Assembly: GCF_006345805.1 (NCBI RefSeq)
Contig: NC_043007.1
Coordinates: 60,016,001 to 60,080,000 of the forward strand
Length of the DNA stretch: 64,000 nucleotides
Direction of reading: 5' to 3'
From: Octopus sinensis
Taxonomy: Eukaryota
Below the pieces are notes generated by a model, which ran no database searches, was not told the DNA's origin, and was given only the letters and a program-made list of their open reading frames with translations. A program made the position numbers and the translations under genes. Below, piece by piece: positions 1-12,978 of this stretch; position 1 is the stretch's first letter; each line of letters starts with the position of its first letter.

Positions 1-32
1 TGCACGCTATTTCAAACCTCTCTATATTAAAT

Positions 33-120
33 TGTTGTTGTTGTTGCTGTTGCTCTTCTTCTTCTTCTTCTTCTTCTTCTTCTTCTTCTTTTCTTCTTCT
101 TCTTCTTTTTCTCCTTCTTC
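33..120. repeat. (GTT)n/(CTT)n compound microsatellite
   Basis: Directly visible trinucleotide arrays. Confidence 0.95.
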
Positions 121-1223
121 TTGACGTCATCACTGTCGTCGTTGTTGTCGATTTTTTATTTTCTTGGCTTATGATTTCCAATCTATACACTCCAGATCTA
201 TGATCCTCAGATCTATGATTGCCAGACTTATTGATCGTTAGATTTTTGATCCCCGGCTGAGAACATCCCGTCTTTTATTCATATATAATGCCTCCGGGAT
301 TGCACCATATAACTCGTCCCAATTCATTCCTATGATGGTAAGGTCTATGATTTGAATGTGATTTGGCTGCTATGTCAAGCAGGTCTATCGTTTACGTAGA
401 GGGATTACCGCATTGACTCGATCTATATAATATGCCCTCTGTGAGTCTCTAGTGCGCGCGTGCGTGTGTCTCTGAATGTGAGTGCGCAATATAATGATTC
501 ACATAATACAAACTTTCATATCCAGAAATAAATAACAATAGAATAAAACAGATCATAGGTTTTCTGTTATTGTTATATAATGTTATAAATAAACGTGATT
601 TCTTCTATATATCTGTCTGCTTTATTTATTATGTTTCTATGTTTCTCGTTTCTCTTCCTGTCTTTGATCTTTTTGTTAACGTTACTCCCTCTCTACACTT
701 TCTTTTGTCAGTCTATTTTTTCCTCTACTTCCTCCTTCTTGCATCTCCCCATCTTTCTTTTTCTCTCATTTTCTTTCTTTTTCTCACACTCTCGTTTGAT
801 TTCACTCGCTCTCTTTCTCTCTCTCTCCAGTTATAAAAGTGATTAAACTCATTGATCACTTGACCATTCAGAGATTTATCCTATCCTCCAGCAAATCCAA
901 CTCCGCAACACTAGAAGAGCAATTTCCTAAATTGCCTATAGATTTTACTCTAGTGTTTCATTGGAATTAAAATTAGACGAAGCAACAAAAAGGGTTAATT
1001 CCGAGTTTAAGGATTTACAGATTAGCTTGGTTTTAAATTTATTTTAGAAACAGCAATGGAAATATGGTGTAAGCTATCATTTTTATTCACCAAAGAATGT
1101 TACCAGATGCAGAGTGTTAATTTAGTGAGATATATATATATAGACAGATAGATAGAGAAAGAGAAAGAGAGACAGACAGACAGAAACTGAGAGAGACAGA
1201 CAGACAGATAGACAGACAAACAG

Positions 1224-1410
1224 TTTACTCTTTTACTTGTTTCAGTCATTTGACTGTGGCCATGCTGGAGCACCGCCTTTAGTCGAGCAAATCAACCCCA
1301 GGACTTATTCTTTGTAAGCCTAGTACTTATTGTATCGGTCTCTTTTTCTGAACCGCTACATTACGGGGACGTAAACACACCAGCATCGGTTGTCAAGCGA
1401 TGCTGAGGGG
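1224..1410 (-). mobile_element. SINE family B, 3' portion
   Basis: Matches the 3' halves of the fuller copies at 8570-8965 and 46325-46715 (cagtcatttgactgtggccatgctggagcaccgcc...). Confidence 0.85.
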
Positions 1411-2147
1411 ACAAGCTGCCATCCTCTAAAAATTATGGGAGCCTCCTTTACCCCTGGGAAATCTATTTAATCCATAGATGGAAACTTGATAGACACCACC
1501 AATCGTAATTAAAGAATGACTCCACACTCCTCACAACTCCATAACTACCCAACTGGAGCCTCGCCACAGGATGTAGTTTAATGTCATAGCCAGGGGACAC
1601 ACACACACACATACGAGTATATGTCTGGTATACACCAGGAACTTAACTGATTAATGTTTATACACTTCCTTGTCAGCTTTTCTTGAGTAAATTAACTTAT
1701 TGGTATCGATTTCCTGAAATAAGATCAACGTCTGTAATTTGAACATTTTGTTGATGGCATATGAATGGAAAAGAAATGAAAACTTCTCCTCAATTAATTA
1801 ATTAATCAATTAATTAATTAATGGCAATATATTTTATGAACATCCGATATCTATAAGTATGGAAATAGATTTATGGCAATTTTATTAACTTTCAGGTAAC
1901 GATTTTCTTCTTCAAACAAAACAAAACGGTGATTCTCGTGGAGAAAAATCTGCACTGTTTTAGGTTTTCTTGCGTACAGATAAGAGTAATTCTTGTTGTC
2001 TTTAATTCTTTACGAAGTCTTTACTTTGCTTGATGAACTAAGCGGTGGATTTGAGTTTAAATGTGCCAGCTAAAGAAAATACTCGGCGATTGTACATTGC
2101 TGTTGTTTTGTGACAAATGTCTGCTATAGAGAGAACAAAAAAGACTT

Positions 2148-2188
2148 TAATAACCGTATTGTGTAGAATATACACAATACGGTTATTA
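2148..2188. repeat. Perfect 18-bp hairpin with 5-nt loop
   Basis: TAATAACCGTATTGTGTA (2148-2165) and its exact reverse complement (2171-2188). Confidence 0.95.
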
Positions 2189-2551
2189 TCTTAAACACAC
2201 AATATTAGCTAATAAATCAATACATATGTTGTACGGTACGTTACAGCAATAAAATGAAAGACAGTTGATACATAAGTAATGTTAAATTTTCTATTGAGCT
2301 CCAAGAGGGAGTTAACTGTGTAAATTTGGCTCAACTATTTTTTACTTCTGGACTCCTTCGATTCCTATTTTACTCAGGTAGACTCTCATAGCCATTCGAT
2401 GTTTAAAAAGTCCTATTATATTTTTTATAATTAGATATTATTGGGAAGGGTATAAACAAAATTGTTAAAATATTTGTAGAAGTATAACCAATTTATTGCA
2501 GATAAATTTTAACAAGATCTTGTAAGGACCCCCAAGGACCATATGAACCCC

Positions 2552-2566
2552 GGGTGAGAACCACTG
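2552..2566 (-). mobile_element. hAT-like terminal inverted repeat (end of a MITE)
   Basis: Reverse complement CAGTGGTTCTCACCC resembles hAT/Charlie termini. The partner TIR was not located. Confidence 0.5.
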
Positions 2567-2648
2567 GTTTTGCCAATATACGTATGTCCCTATATTAGTT
2601 TGTTTAGAAGCAGTGCATTCGTAGATGGTTAAGAAGGCTGCATGGTTG

Positions 2649-2684
2649 CTGACGAAGATTGCAAATCGAATCGAAATACGCATC
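2649..2684 (+). ncRNA. Decayed minimal type I hammerhead ribozyme motif
   Basis: CTGACGA-A-GATT[GCAAATCG]AATC-GAAA-TACGCAT-C. Stem I is poor. Stem III reads as a CpG-decayed ACGCGCGT palindrome. Confidence 0.55.
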
Positions 2685-3017
2685 CACAGCTTATCTCTCT
2701 TTTTATGTCCACAAATATGCTCTCTCCCCACCTCTGACTCTCTCAGTTACTTACACCTACTACTGCTACATTCACTACATCGCCACAGGGATTCGCACTT
2801 CTCTGAACAGAACGCCAGATACCAAATAGTGTACAAAAGTACAATGAGCAAGGTCGACGATGGGGCTACTCTAAAGTTGCAGTTCACTTTCTAGTTGATG
2901 CTCGAATGTCATGTCTGATGGTACGGATCTACCGCTTAGCCGTAATAACCTTTAGCCCGTTGCATAATATATATATATATATATATATAAGAAAAAAGCA
3001 ACAAGAATGGATCAATA

Positions 3018-3106
3018 TTTCGGTACAATTGTTTCGTACGAAGACAGCTTTATTAAGGCTGCAAATATTGCAGTAAATATAAGTGACCCGTACTCATCAG
3101 CCGAAA
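3018..3106 (-). ncRNA. Type I hammerhead ribozyme (left-arm copy)
   Basis: Reverse complement of the 3640-3728 motif with the core intact (TCATCAG at 3094-3100, TTTC at 3032-3035). Confidence 0.85.
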
Positions 3107-3639
3107 AAACATCTGAGTTCTCCAAACATCTAAGGGGGTGATGTTACATTCCTGAAACATTGGTGATAGTTCTATAAAAATAAGAATTAGGTAACAAATG
3201 GACTTCTGAAAGTTCTTTTAGTGTTGCACAGTCATATAACGGGTTTTAAAAAAATATTTTTAAAAACCTCTTAGTTTTCCAGAAAATGAAAATGAAATTG
3301 AAAATGTAAATCCATCCATATTGAAGAAAGCTTGAATTCTGGAGATATGAGGAGAGGTATCATATTCACAGAATATGCATTTATCCATAATTAGTCCATA
3401 TCTCCAGAATTCAAGCTTTCTTCAATATGGATGGATTTACATTTTCAATTTCATTTTCATTTTCTGGAAAACTAAGAGGTTTTTTAAAATACTTTTTTAA
3501 AACCCGTTATATGACTGTGCAACACTAAAAGAACTTTCAGAAGTCCATTTGTTACCTAATTCTTATTTTTATAGAACTATCACCAATGTTTCAGGAGTGT
3601 AACATCACCCCCTTAGATGTTTAGAGAACTCAGATGTTT

Positions 3640-3728
3640 TTTCGGCTGATGAGTACGGGTCACTTATATTTACTGCAATATCTGCAGCCTTAATAAAGCT
3701 GTCTTCGTACGAAACAATTGTACCGAAA
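3640..3728 (+). ncRNA. Type I hammerhead ribozyme, GUA cleavage predicted after 3722
   Basis: Stem I TTTCGG/CCGAAA; CTGATGA 3646-3652; stem II GTACG/CGTAC enclosing 48 nt; GAAA 3711-3714; palindromic stem III ACAATTGT; H17 = A. Confidence 0.85.
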
Positions 3729-3863
3729 TATTGATCCATTCTTGTTGCTTTTTTCTTATTTATAATCACCCCGCATTATCTTATGGTTAACACCATATAG
3801 ATTTCAGGTGCATCCAAGTTAAGTACCGCATTCATGTGAATTCAACAGAACTCACTTGAATCT

Positions 3864-4061
<198 letters not shown>

Positions 4062-4064
<3 letters not shown>

Positions 4065-4186
4065 GAGGGTGTATGAAAAGTATTGAGCCTCAAAAAAACA
4101 AAACATGGTACAAGACTTGAAGGCTCAAAGGCCTTGAAGGCTCAAAGGCCTTGAAGGCTCAAAACTTTTCATACACCCCTCATGTA
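4062..4186. mobile_element. Miniature mariner-type MITE (about 125 bp)
   Basis: TIRs TACGAGGGTGTATGAAAAGTATTGAGCCT / AGGCTCAAAACTTTTCATACACCCCTCAT, TA context, and an internal 17-bp unit CTTGAAGGCTCAAAGGC repeated about 2.8 times. Confidence 0.8.
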
Positions 4187-4465
4187 TATATGGTTTTGCT
4201 TTTATGTTTTCGTTTCTCATTGTGTTCAACTTTTTTTTATGTCCTGTACCCATATATGCATGTATATATACATATATATGTAAGTAATTACATATATGTA
4301 TGTATATATTGCATCCTTTTCCAAGTAAGTTTTATCGTAATAATTATGATGCGCACTCGTTTCCCTTTACTATTTCTTCTCTGTCTATCTCTCTCCCCCT
4401 CTTGTTCTTCATTCTTTCTGGTTTTCTCTCCTACCCTTCCCTATTCTTCTCTCCCCCTTCACCGT

Positions 4466-4519
<54 letters not shown>

Positions 4520-5071
4520 TCCCCTCCTCCTCGACTCTCTCATCACTAACACGTGATCAGAGGAAAGCCATCTTTCCGACTGCTATCTTCACCAAAACCA
4601 GACCCGCTTATCCTGTCTCTTTTATAAGCTGTCTCCTTAAGCGTTCAGAATAATTTTTCCATCGCCTTGGCTTAACAACCCTCATCGTTTATTTTTGCTG
4701 TTTTATTCTTATTGTTCTGTCTTTTACTGTTTTTACATTTTTATTGTTTTTACTTCTTATTTTGTTCTTATTGTCCTGTTCTTGTTACCACTTTTACCCT
4801 CCGCAAAAAATCCCAAATTTTATTTAATTTGCTTTGTGGAAAGGACAGTTTCAACGAAGTCGCGTCTTGTTTTTACCTTCGAATGCGGAGTAGATGAAAC
4901 GGGGATAACTGAAGAAGGGGAATATCCCTTGTGTTGTATGTCTTGTACTCTGTTTTTTTCGTTGTTTGAAAAAAAGCTCGTTTCTATGATGTTGTTTTTA
5001 TGCTTTCGTTTCTCATTGTGTTCAACGTTTTTCTGATGTCCTGTACCCATATATGCATGTATATATACATA

Positions 5072-5114
<43 letters not shown>

Positions 5115-5289
5115 GGGGGGGGTATGTACAAATATGTATGTATATATGCATATATTTATATATTATTTATATTATTATATGATCGACAGCCACGCATCCT
5201 TTTCCAAGTAAGTTTTATATTTATAAATATATATATATATATATACATTATGTATATTATATATTATATATTATATACATACATGCATA

Positions 5290-5455
5290 CGACGGACTAC
5301 CAAATACCGCCAGTTACCGTCTACCAAATACATTCTCAAAGCTTTGGACGCCCCGGGGTGATTGTAGAAGACACTTGCCGAAGGTGCCATTCGGTGGGCC
5401 CGAACTTGGAAGAACGTGACTGGGAAGCAAACTTCTTACCCCTCAGCCACGCCTG
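5290..5455 (-). mobile_element. SINE family B, degenerate 5' portion
   Basis: Similar to the heads at 8825-8965 and 52990-53149. Confidence 0.7.
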
Positions 5456-5999
5456 TGTCTCTTCCACACCGGCAGATCTGCGCCTATTGCTTATATTATT
5501 CACAACATACAGTGCTGACTAATAAATCCATACATATATTGTATAGTACATTATAGCAATAAAATGACACACCTTTAACACATCAGTAAAGAAGGATTAA
5601 ATGCCTTTTCCAAGTTCAGAGCATACAAACAAAATATTGATTATTTTTGGATTAAAATATGAAACATATGAAAACCAAATATTAAATGAATAAATAAAAA
5701 CAGGAATAACATATGCAACAAACCATAAAAAAGAAAAAGAAGACAAAATATCAGATTGATCGGCTTCTTTAAAATACTATTTATAGTAATCTAAACCTAT
5801 TCTGGAATTTTGTGAGCTTTTCTTAAAGAATCAAAAGAATAAGAGAATTTATTTTTAAGTCTCAGATTACTTTGGGTATGTATTCGATTGTTTAAATCTT
5901 CTAATGAAAAATTTCAGTTCAAGAAAGTCTATGACACCTTCACCTTCTTTCCTCTCCCCCATTCACACTTTCTGTTTCTCAACGTTCTTTCTATCTATC

Positions 6000-6076
<77 letters not shown>

Positions 6077-6225
6077 AATCATACATTTGCATAGTGTGCA
6101 TGCATCTATGCATGTAATTCTGTATACACATACATATACATATGTTTTTGTCATATATACGTAGATATACGCATATATATATATATGTGTGCGTGTTATA
6201 TTAAATGTGTATCTTTATTGCCCAC

Positions 6226-6440
6226 AGGGTGACTAAGCATAGAGGGGACAAACAAGGACAGACAAAAGGATTAAGTCGATTGCATCGATCCCAGTGCATA
6301 ACTGGTACTTATTTAATCGACCTCGAAAGGACGAAAGGCAAAGTCGACCTCGGCGGAATTTGAACTCGGAACGTAACGGCAGACGAAGTACCGCTAAGCA
6401 TTTCGCCCGGCGTGCTAACGATTCTGCCAGCTCGCCGCCC
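6226..6440 (-). mobile_element. SINE family A (tRNA-derived), near full length
   Basis: Reverse complement of the 48501-48730 copy, with B-box-like GTTC(C/A)AATTCC and core GAGGTCGACTTTGCCTTTC. Confidence 0.9.
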
Positions 6441-6764
6441 TGTGTTTGACTAATATATGCACACAAATATACTACCTTTACAGAGTTTCTCTGTATCAGA
6501 TGTTGGAGTTCCAACATCTGATTCCCTAATATAACGTACCATCTGCCTTTTACACTGCATTAATCACCCCCAACCTTCGTATCTCTACTCGCCTTCTTTT
6601 TTTACTATTGACCTAAAGCTTGTGCTTTACTTCTGTGTCCCTCCTCCTTTTATAAATATGCATCATTTCTCTTTGCCATTAACCTTACATTTCCGTCTTC
6701 AGATGAAGAACTACATTCGAAACGTCTTACAACTTATCTTTCGCCGACGAAGCATGTGCATATA

Positions 6765-6810
6765 GCTAGATAGCTAGATATAGATTATATAGACAGATAT
6801 ATATATAGAT

Positions 6811-6854
<44 letters not shown>

Positions 6855-6882
6855 TAGATAGATAGATAGATAGATAGATAGA
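6765..6882. repeat. (GATA)n microsatellite
   Basis: Directly visible. Confidence 0.95.
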
Positions 6883-7949
6883 TTTAGTAGAAGTAACAGA
6901 GTGACTCGAAGTCCGAGAGTTTTGCGTGTTGGCACTCTCGGACCTTGAGTCACTCTGTTACTTCTGCTAAATATTAACAAAATTATACATATATTCATAT
7001 TTTGATTTCAGTTCCCCCTCTTTGCATGAACATACCTGTACATATATATGCGCGCGCGTGCGTGTGGATGTTTGTGTGTGTGTATGTGTGTATATGTGTG
7101 TATGTGTGTGTTTGTGTGTGTGTGTGTATTATTCAAATAAATGAATAATAACATTTAAGACAAGAGGACGTGAACAAGGAATGTACTGGCTCGATGCTCG
7201 ATAAAAAGAGAGAGATTGTCGTTTCGCCGGAAAAGAGAAAAGGAAAATTCCTAGAGTGAAGTTATGAGGCACGGACGAATTAAAATGATTCACACACACT
7301 AGGTGTACTTGTTTCACATGTGATTTGATCTGAGACCGGGCGTTGAAAGTAAAACAATTACAGTGTCAAAGACACGTATTGGCCGTTCAAAAATCACTTA
7401 ACCGTTTATCATTTGGCGTAAATATTCTGTTTGCACTAACTGCGACCCGGTTACCGGCATAGCTCCGTTTGCAGTGGAACTGTGCTGATAAACAGCTGGT
7501 AAATACTATGATGAAAATTTTGACACCAAATAATAAATGATTACGTTTTAGTGCAATTTTGAATGACTAATGAGATTTTAGCACTGTAATTGCATGTTTT
7601 TTATTTGCTTCATTCGTTTGACTGTGGTCATGCTGTAGCACCGCCATGAAAGATTTTACTCGATCAAATCATCTGCAGAACTTATTTTTAGGTCTGGTAT
7701 TCATTGTATTGGTCCCTCTACTGAACCGCTAATTCACGGGGCTGTAAAGAAACTGACACCGGTTGTTAAGTGGTGGTAGGAAAGCAAACACAGACGCAAA
7801 GACACATATACGTACAAACATATACAGGTACGAACACACACTTCACTTTTAAGTATATGTATGCGTGTGTGTGTGTGTACAAGTGCATATATATATATGT
7901 GTGTGTGTGTGTGTGTATGTATATATATATATATATCATCACTATCATC

Positions 7950-8245
7950 GTTTAAGGTCAGCTTTCCATGCTAGCATGGGTTGGACGATTTTGACTGAGG
8001 ACTGGCGAACCAGATGGCTGCACCAGGCTCCAATCTTGATCTGGCAGAGTTTCTACAGCTGGATGCCCTTCCTAATGCCAGCCACACCGAGAGTGTAGTG
8101 GATGCTTTTACGTGCCACCGGCACGAGGGCCAGACAGGCGGTACTGGCAACGGCCACGAAAAAATCGTGTTATTTTTTTTTTTACGTGTCACCGGCACAC
8201 CGGCACAAGTGCCAGTAGGGCGACGCTGGTAACGATCACGCTCGA

Positions 8246-8250
<5 letters not shown>
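7950..8250. mobile_element. Interspersed repeat family C (related copy near 53400-53540)
   Basis: Shared ...TTTCCATGCTAGCATGGGTTGGACG... / ...GCTAACATGAGCTGGACG... start after CAT runs. Class not determined. Confidence 0.55.
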
Positions 8251-8277
<27 letters not shown>

Positions 8278-8569
8278 GATATATAATATATATATATACG
8301 GGTGTATGTGTGATGGGAAGTTTATGTGTGTGTGTGCGTGTGCACAATATAAATGGTGCGGGACGGCAGGATCGTTTGAAAAATGTTTTGCTGCATTTGA
8401 CCTGACGCTTTACATTCTGAGTTCAAATTCTGCCTTCGATTCTTTCTGAGGTCGATAAGATGATGTACCAGTCAAAGATTGCGTTCGATCGAATCAACTA
8501 ATCTGTACACCGCAAAATTGCTGGCCTTGTGCCTAAATCAGAAACCGTTACACATATGTATATACATAT

Positions 8570-8965
8570 TCTTTTATTCTTTTGTTCTTTTAGTTGTCTC
8601 AATCATTTGACTGCGGCTATGCTGGAGTACCACCTTAAAGGGTTTTAGTCGAAGAAATCTACCCCAGGACATATTTTTTGTACGCCTAGTACTTATTCTA
8701 TTGGTCGCTTTTGCCGAACAGCTGGGTTATAGTGACATAAACACACCAGCATCGGTTGTCAAGCGATGGTGGGAGAACAAACACAGACACACACACACAC
8801 AGACACACACACACACGCATGTACGGCGGGCTTCTTCAGTTTCCGTCTACCAAATCTACTCACAAATTTTGGTCAGTCCGAGGCTATAGTAGAAGGCACT
8901 TGCCCAAGGTGCCACGCAGAGAGACTGAACCCGGAACCGCGTGGTTGGGAATCAAGCTTCTTACC
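8570..8965 (-). mobile_element. SINE family B (tRNA-derived head, internal CA/AT tract), full length
   Basis: Head GGTTCCGGGTTCAGTC...GGCACCTTGGGCAAGTG, central microsatellite, and 3' body shared with 1224-1410 and 46325-46715. Confidence 0.85.
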
Positions 8966-8983
8966 ACACCGCTTGTATGCATG

Positions 8984-9026
<43 letters not shown>

Positions 9027-9271
9027 GTATGTAGGTATGTATTTCACGCAGTTTCCTTTTTACCAAATTCCATTTAGGAAGTATTTACTCCACCCGAAGC
9101 TATAGTTGAAGATATGTAGCCAAGGTGCCAAGCAGTCAAATCGAAAATGAAACGACCTGGCTGCAAAGGAAGAATCTCTACCTCAAAGTCACGCCGGTAC
9201 CCAGATACATCCTAGATACATACGCTCACACACATAAATATATGTGTGATATATACGTACATATATGTATT

Positions 9272-9320
<49 letters not shown>

Positions 9321-9677
9321 AAATAAATTATATATATATCTGTTTATATACACACACACACACATATACATACATACCCCACTCCATATATATATATATG
9401 TGTGTGTGGTGTGTGTGTGTGTGCGTATACGCTCCCGCGCGCTTTTATATGCACATACGCATACACACGCGTACTACTAATTATCTCAGGATTGCTGTAG
9501 ATCTTTCTCTCTGAAAACTATTTTTAGCATGTTTGCGCCTAACCTAATTTCTCTGCTATCATTTAATCACCTCTTTGAGAGGTAATTTTCCCTGCTTTCA
9601 ATCACGTGGCCTCCTATTACATCTGCAGAGTCATCTCCGTTCGTACTTGCACACATACACATGCACACACACACACA

Positions 9678-9721
<44 letters not shown>

Positions 9722-11620
9722 CACACATATATATATATATATATACATAGCTACATATTACATATATACATATATGCACATACACACACATACATATATA
9801 TACCTATGTGTGTGTGGTTGTCCATTTGAGGAACAGCTTTTCTTTTAGATATGTTTCATTAAACACACGTGTAAATAATGCAATATGTATGTATTTATAT
9901 ACATGTGTGTATTTGTGTCTTAGTGTGCGTGTTTGCATACATACATATATGTGTGTGTTTGTTTGTATGTATGCCTGCATGTGTGTGTGTGTGTGTACTC
10001 GTATACTTTTATCAATATAACACACACATAGAGAGAAAGAGATAAGGAGTTTTTCGGTGTTTTTCTTTTTGTCTTCTTTTTCTTGCTAACTATGACTGCA
10101 AACAAGAAGATACTTATGCACAATGTTTGACTCTTCTCAATAAGATCGTTAATCCGTGGATAATTTATCTACTGATATAAGCATTCCTCTTTGTGTGAAA
10201 CGTAAGCATCTTTTGAGAGTAGGAGTTCCCTAAAGAGTGAGAGCGAGGGAGAAGAGAAGGGGGAAGAATGATAGAAGCAAGAGAAATCAAGATTACTGGA
10301 ACGCACGGACGTGATACATTATACATACACTTACAACTCGATAGAATCAGATGAATAACATACATTTGCTCAAACAGGCACACACATGTACATCCATTCA
10401 CACACTCATTCACACACACACACAAATGCATATTAACACACGTGCTAGAGTTATTACGGGTGAGTAAGTGTAAATCTGTAAAATAATGAATGGATTGTTT
10501 GCTTGTATCACGGGCAATCTGAAAACATATTGCGACCTTCATGCAAATGTAACGCTTTAGTCACTCGTTATTTTTTGTCGTTTTTATTAGTCAATGTGAA
10601 AGCAGTATTCAGATAGCCATTTTGTCTACATAAAATGGAACTAAAATGAATCGTTTTCTTAAGGCTTTTCCCTTCACTTCGACACGGTAGCAGCAGATGA
10701 TAACAATATATCACTACGCTTTTCCTCAGAAGATGTCATCACAACAGGAACCGACAGAATCGTTGTTTATTTGCATTGATTTCTCATTTTAGCTAGTCTT
10801 AAATAGCAAGAAACATTTATACTGAACGATAAATCAGTTCGCTATATCTCCTTTTCCGCCAGTTTCGCGTACTACTTGCTATTTTCTTTAATGCTTACTT
10901 CATCGACATTATCTATGTAAAAAGATCTTCAAGAATAAAGCCAGAAGAACTTAGTAAAGATGTAATCCGTTGGGAAGACAGAAAAGTCAGACATAGCATG
11001 ATTTTTGTGAAAGGGAAAGGCAGGGCTCGTTAATCTTTGGGGAACGAAGTAAAAATAACAGATATGAAACAACTGCAAATTAGGACGACTGAAATAATCA
11101 CGCCAGATGATAACCTTCTCAGTCAGTTTAGCATAGTAATGAACACCATGTAGATGTCTTTAATTAAGAAAGTAAGAACATTAAACCTACAGCCTAAAAA
11201 ATGTTAATTTCCATATCTAATTTACCAACAAGACAATGGAATAGCGAGTATAAGTGTTAAGTGTTTATCTGATGGATGTGAATTCAGTCCCTAGGTTAAT
11301 GAATCCTTGGTTCAAGCAGTATGAGTGAGCAGCATTACAACAAGGGGGATAACTAATACAAGTCTCTGGTAATGACAACTGAATGTGAATAATCTACTGT
11401 CATAGATTTAATAAATATGGGTTTGGCACGAAATACCACGAATGTTACTGAATATAGCAGGCACCTGAAGAGCTGGAAAATACAACAGGTGAAACGTTGA
11501 AATTATAACAACCAAGATAAGAACACTAATCCAAGTAAGTCAATATATATTAATGAAAATTCCTCTCAGGAATTCAGGCAAAATATAAGTATGTATGTGT
11601 GCACATGTGCGTGCGTGTGT

Positions 11621-11660
<40 letters not shown>

Positions 11661-12123
11661 TGTGTGTGTGTGCGTGCGTGTGCGTGTGTGATTTATGTTT
11701 AGGATTATGGTGAAAAAAAAGAGGAATGTATGCCAATGTCTCTTTATATCTCGTAATGTAACGGTTTGACAAATAGAAATCGTTAAAATATGTGCCATTG
11801 TAAAATTTGAAATAAGATCGTTCTGATCGATGATCGATTAAACCTTTCGAAGTCGTATTCTGATGTGGCCGCAGTTCAATGGCTGAGCCCAGTAAAAGAA
11901 GAAAACAAAAAAATATCTATAGAGATTTACAATAACATAAACATTGCTTTCATCTAATTGCAGTTCCTCTACATGCTTAGCTAATTCAATTCCATGCTTC
12001 ACCAACCCTTGGAAGAATACATACTATTTGACTATTCTAAATCCTAGTACCTGATAAGCTGAAAGAAACCTAACTTCTCTTGGGTGTGGAAAATGAAGTA
12101 AAACTGTTATATAAGGTATGTAT

Positions 12124-12154
<31 letters not shown>

Positions 12155-12920
12155 CTATATATATATATATATATACACTGTATTGCCTGAAATTATGGCC
12201 TGGACTGTATGCTGGGTGTCTTCTAATGGAAATGTTTATTATTAGATGTCCCTTTGCTAAGTTTTCATCAATAAAATCTTACATATTTACTTATTATAAT
12301 TATGCATGAATATTTTATTAAGTTGTAATAAAACAGATAATATCGATTAATTTATAATATCATACAATAAGGCCGGCTCAGTATTATTTGGACTATTAGA
12401 AATTGGGAGATAATTACTGAGTGACTTTTTGAAGATTGAAGGTAATGAGGTCAAGTTGAGTATAGCCGTGTGTTCGGGTCCAGAATTCTTGTGCGTCGAG
12501 AGGAATATATGCTGAAGAATATTTGCCTTTTTTTGTTTTCGACGTAAATACTTACCATAAAGAATTTTGGCTTAGGTATTTTTACGATGAATATTTTACC
12601 GCAAAATTACATAACGTATTGTTATTTAAGCCGCCACAAACCTACTTTAGTTGAACTTCCACGTTACTCTGTAATCTACTCGTTACAAAGAGCCTTCTTT
12701 GTCAAATAGGAAAGAAAAACAAGAGCAATAACAACGTGGGTTCACCAATAACTTGTTTTAATTTTCAATTAGCTTACAATATTCTCTGTTATTAATATTG
12801 ATGACAAGCAAGGTACATTGTTTCTAACGTAAAGACAGCGACCAAACTGAATGCACAAACAAGGTATGACAATACATTTGTCCTTTAACGTTTCCAAGCA
12901 TAAGGCAAGGAATGAGTGTT

Positions 12921-12978
<58 letters not shown>

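Larger units (their letters stand above)
2987..3759. mobile_element. Long inverted repeat (two 363-bp arms, 47-bp spacer), Penelope-like pLTR pair
   Basis: 2987-3349 is the reverse complement of 3397-3759 with about five mismatches by eye. Each arm ends in a hammerhead motif. Confidence 0.9.

Noticed and set aside
4837-4925. CTGAAGA plus hairpin (+) and GAAACTGTC (-) as hammerhead parts
   Set aside because: The two core strands are not on the same strand in the right order.
7490-7498. AAACAGCTG Fox/E-box composite site
   Set aside because: A single 9-mer is expected by chance in 64 kb of AT-rich DNA.
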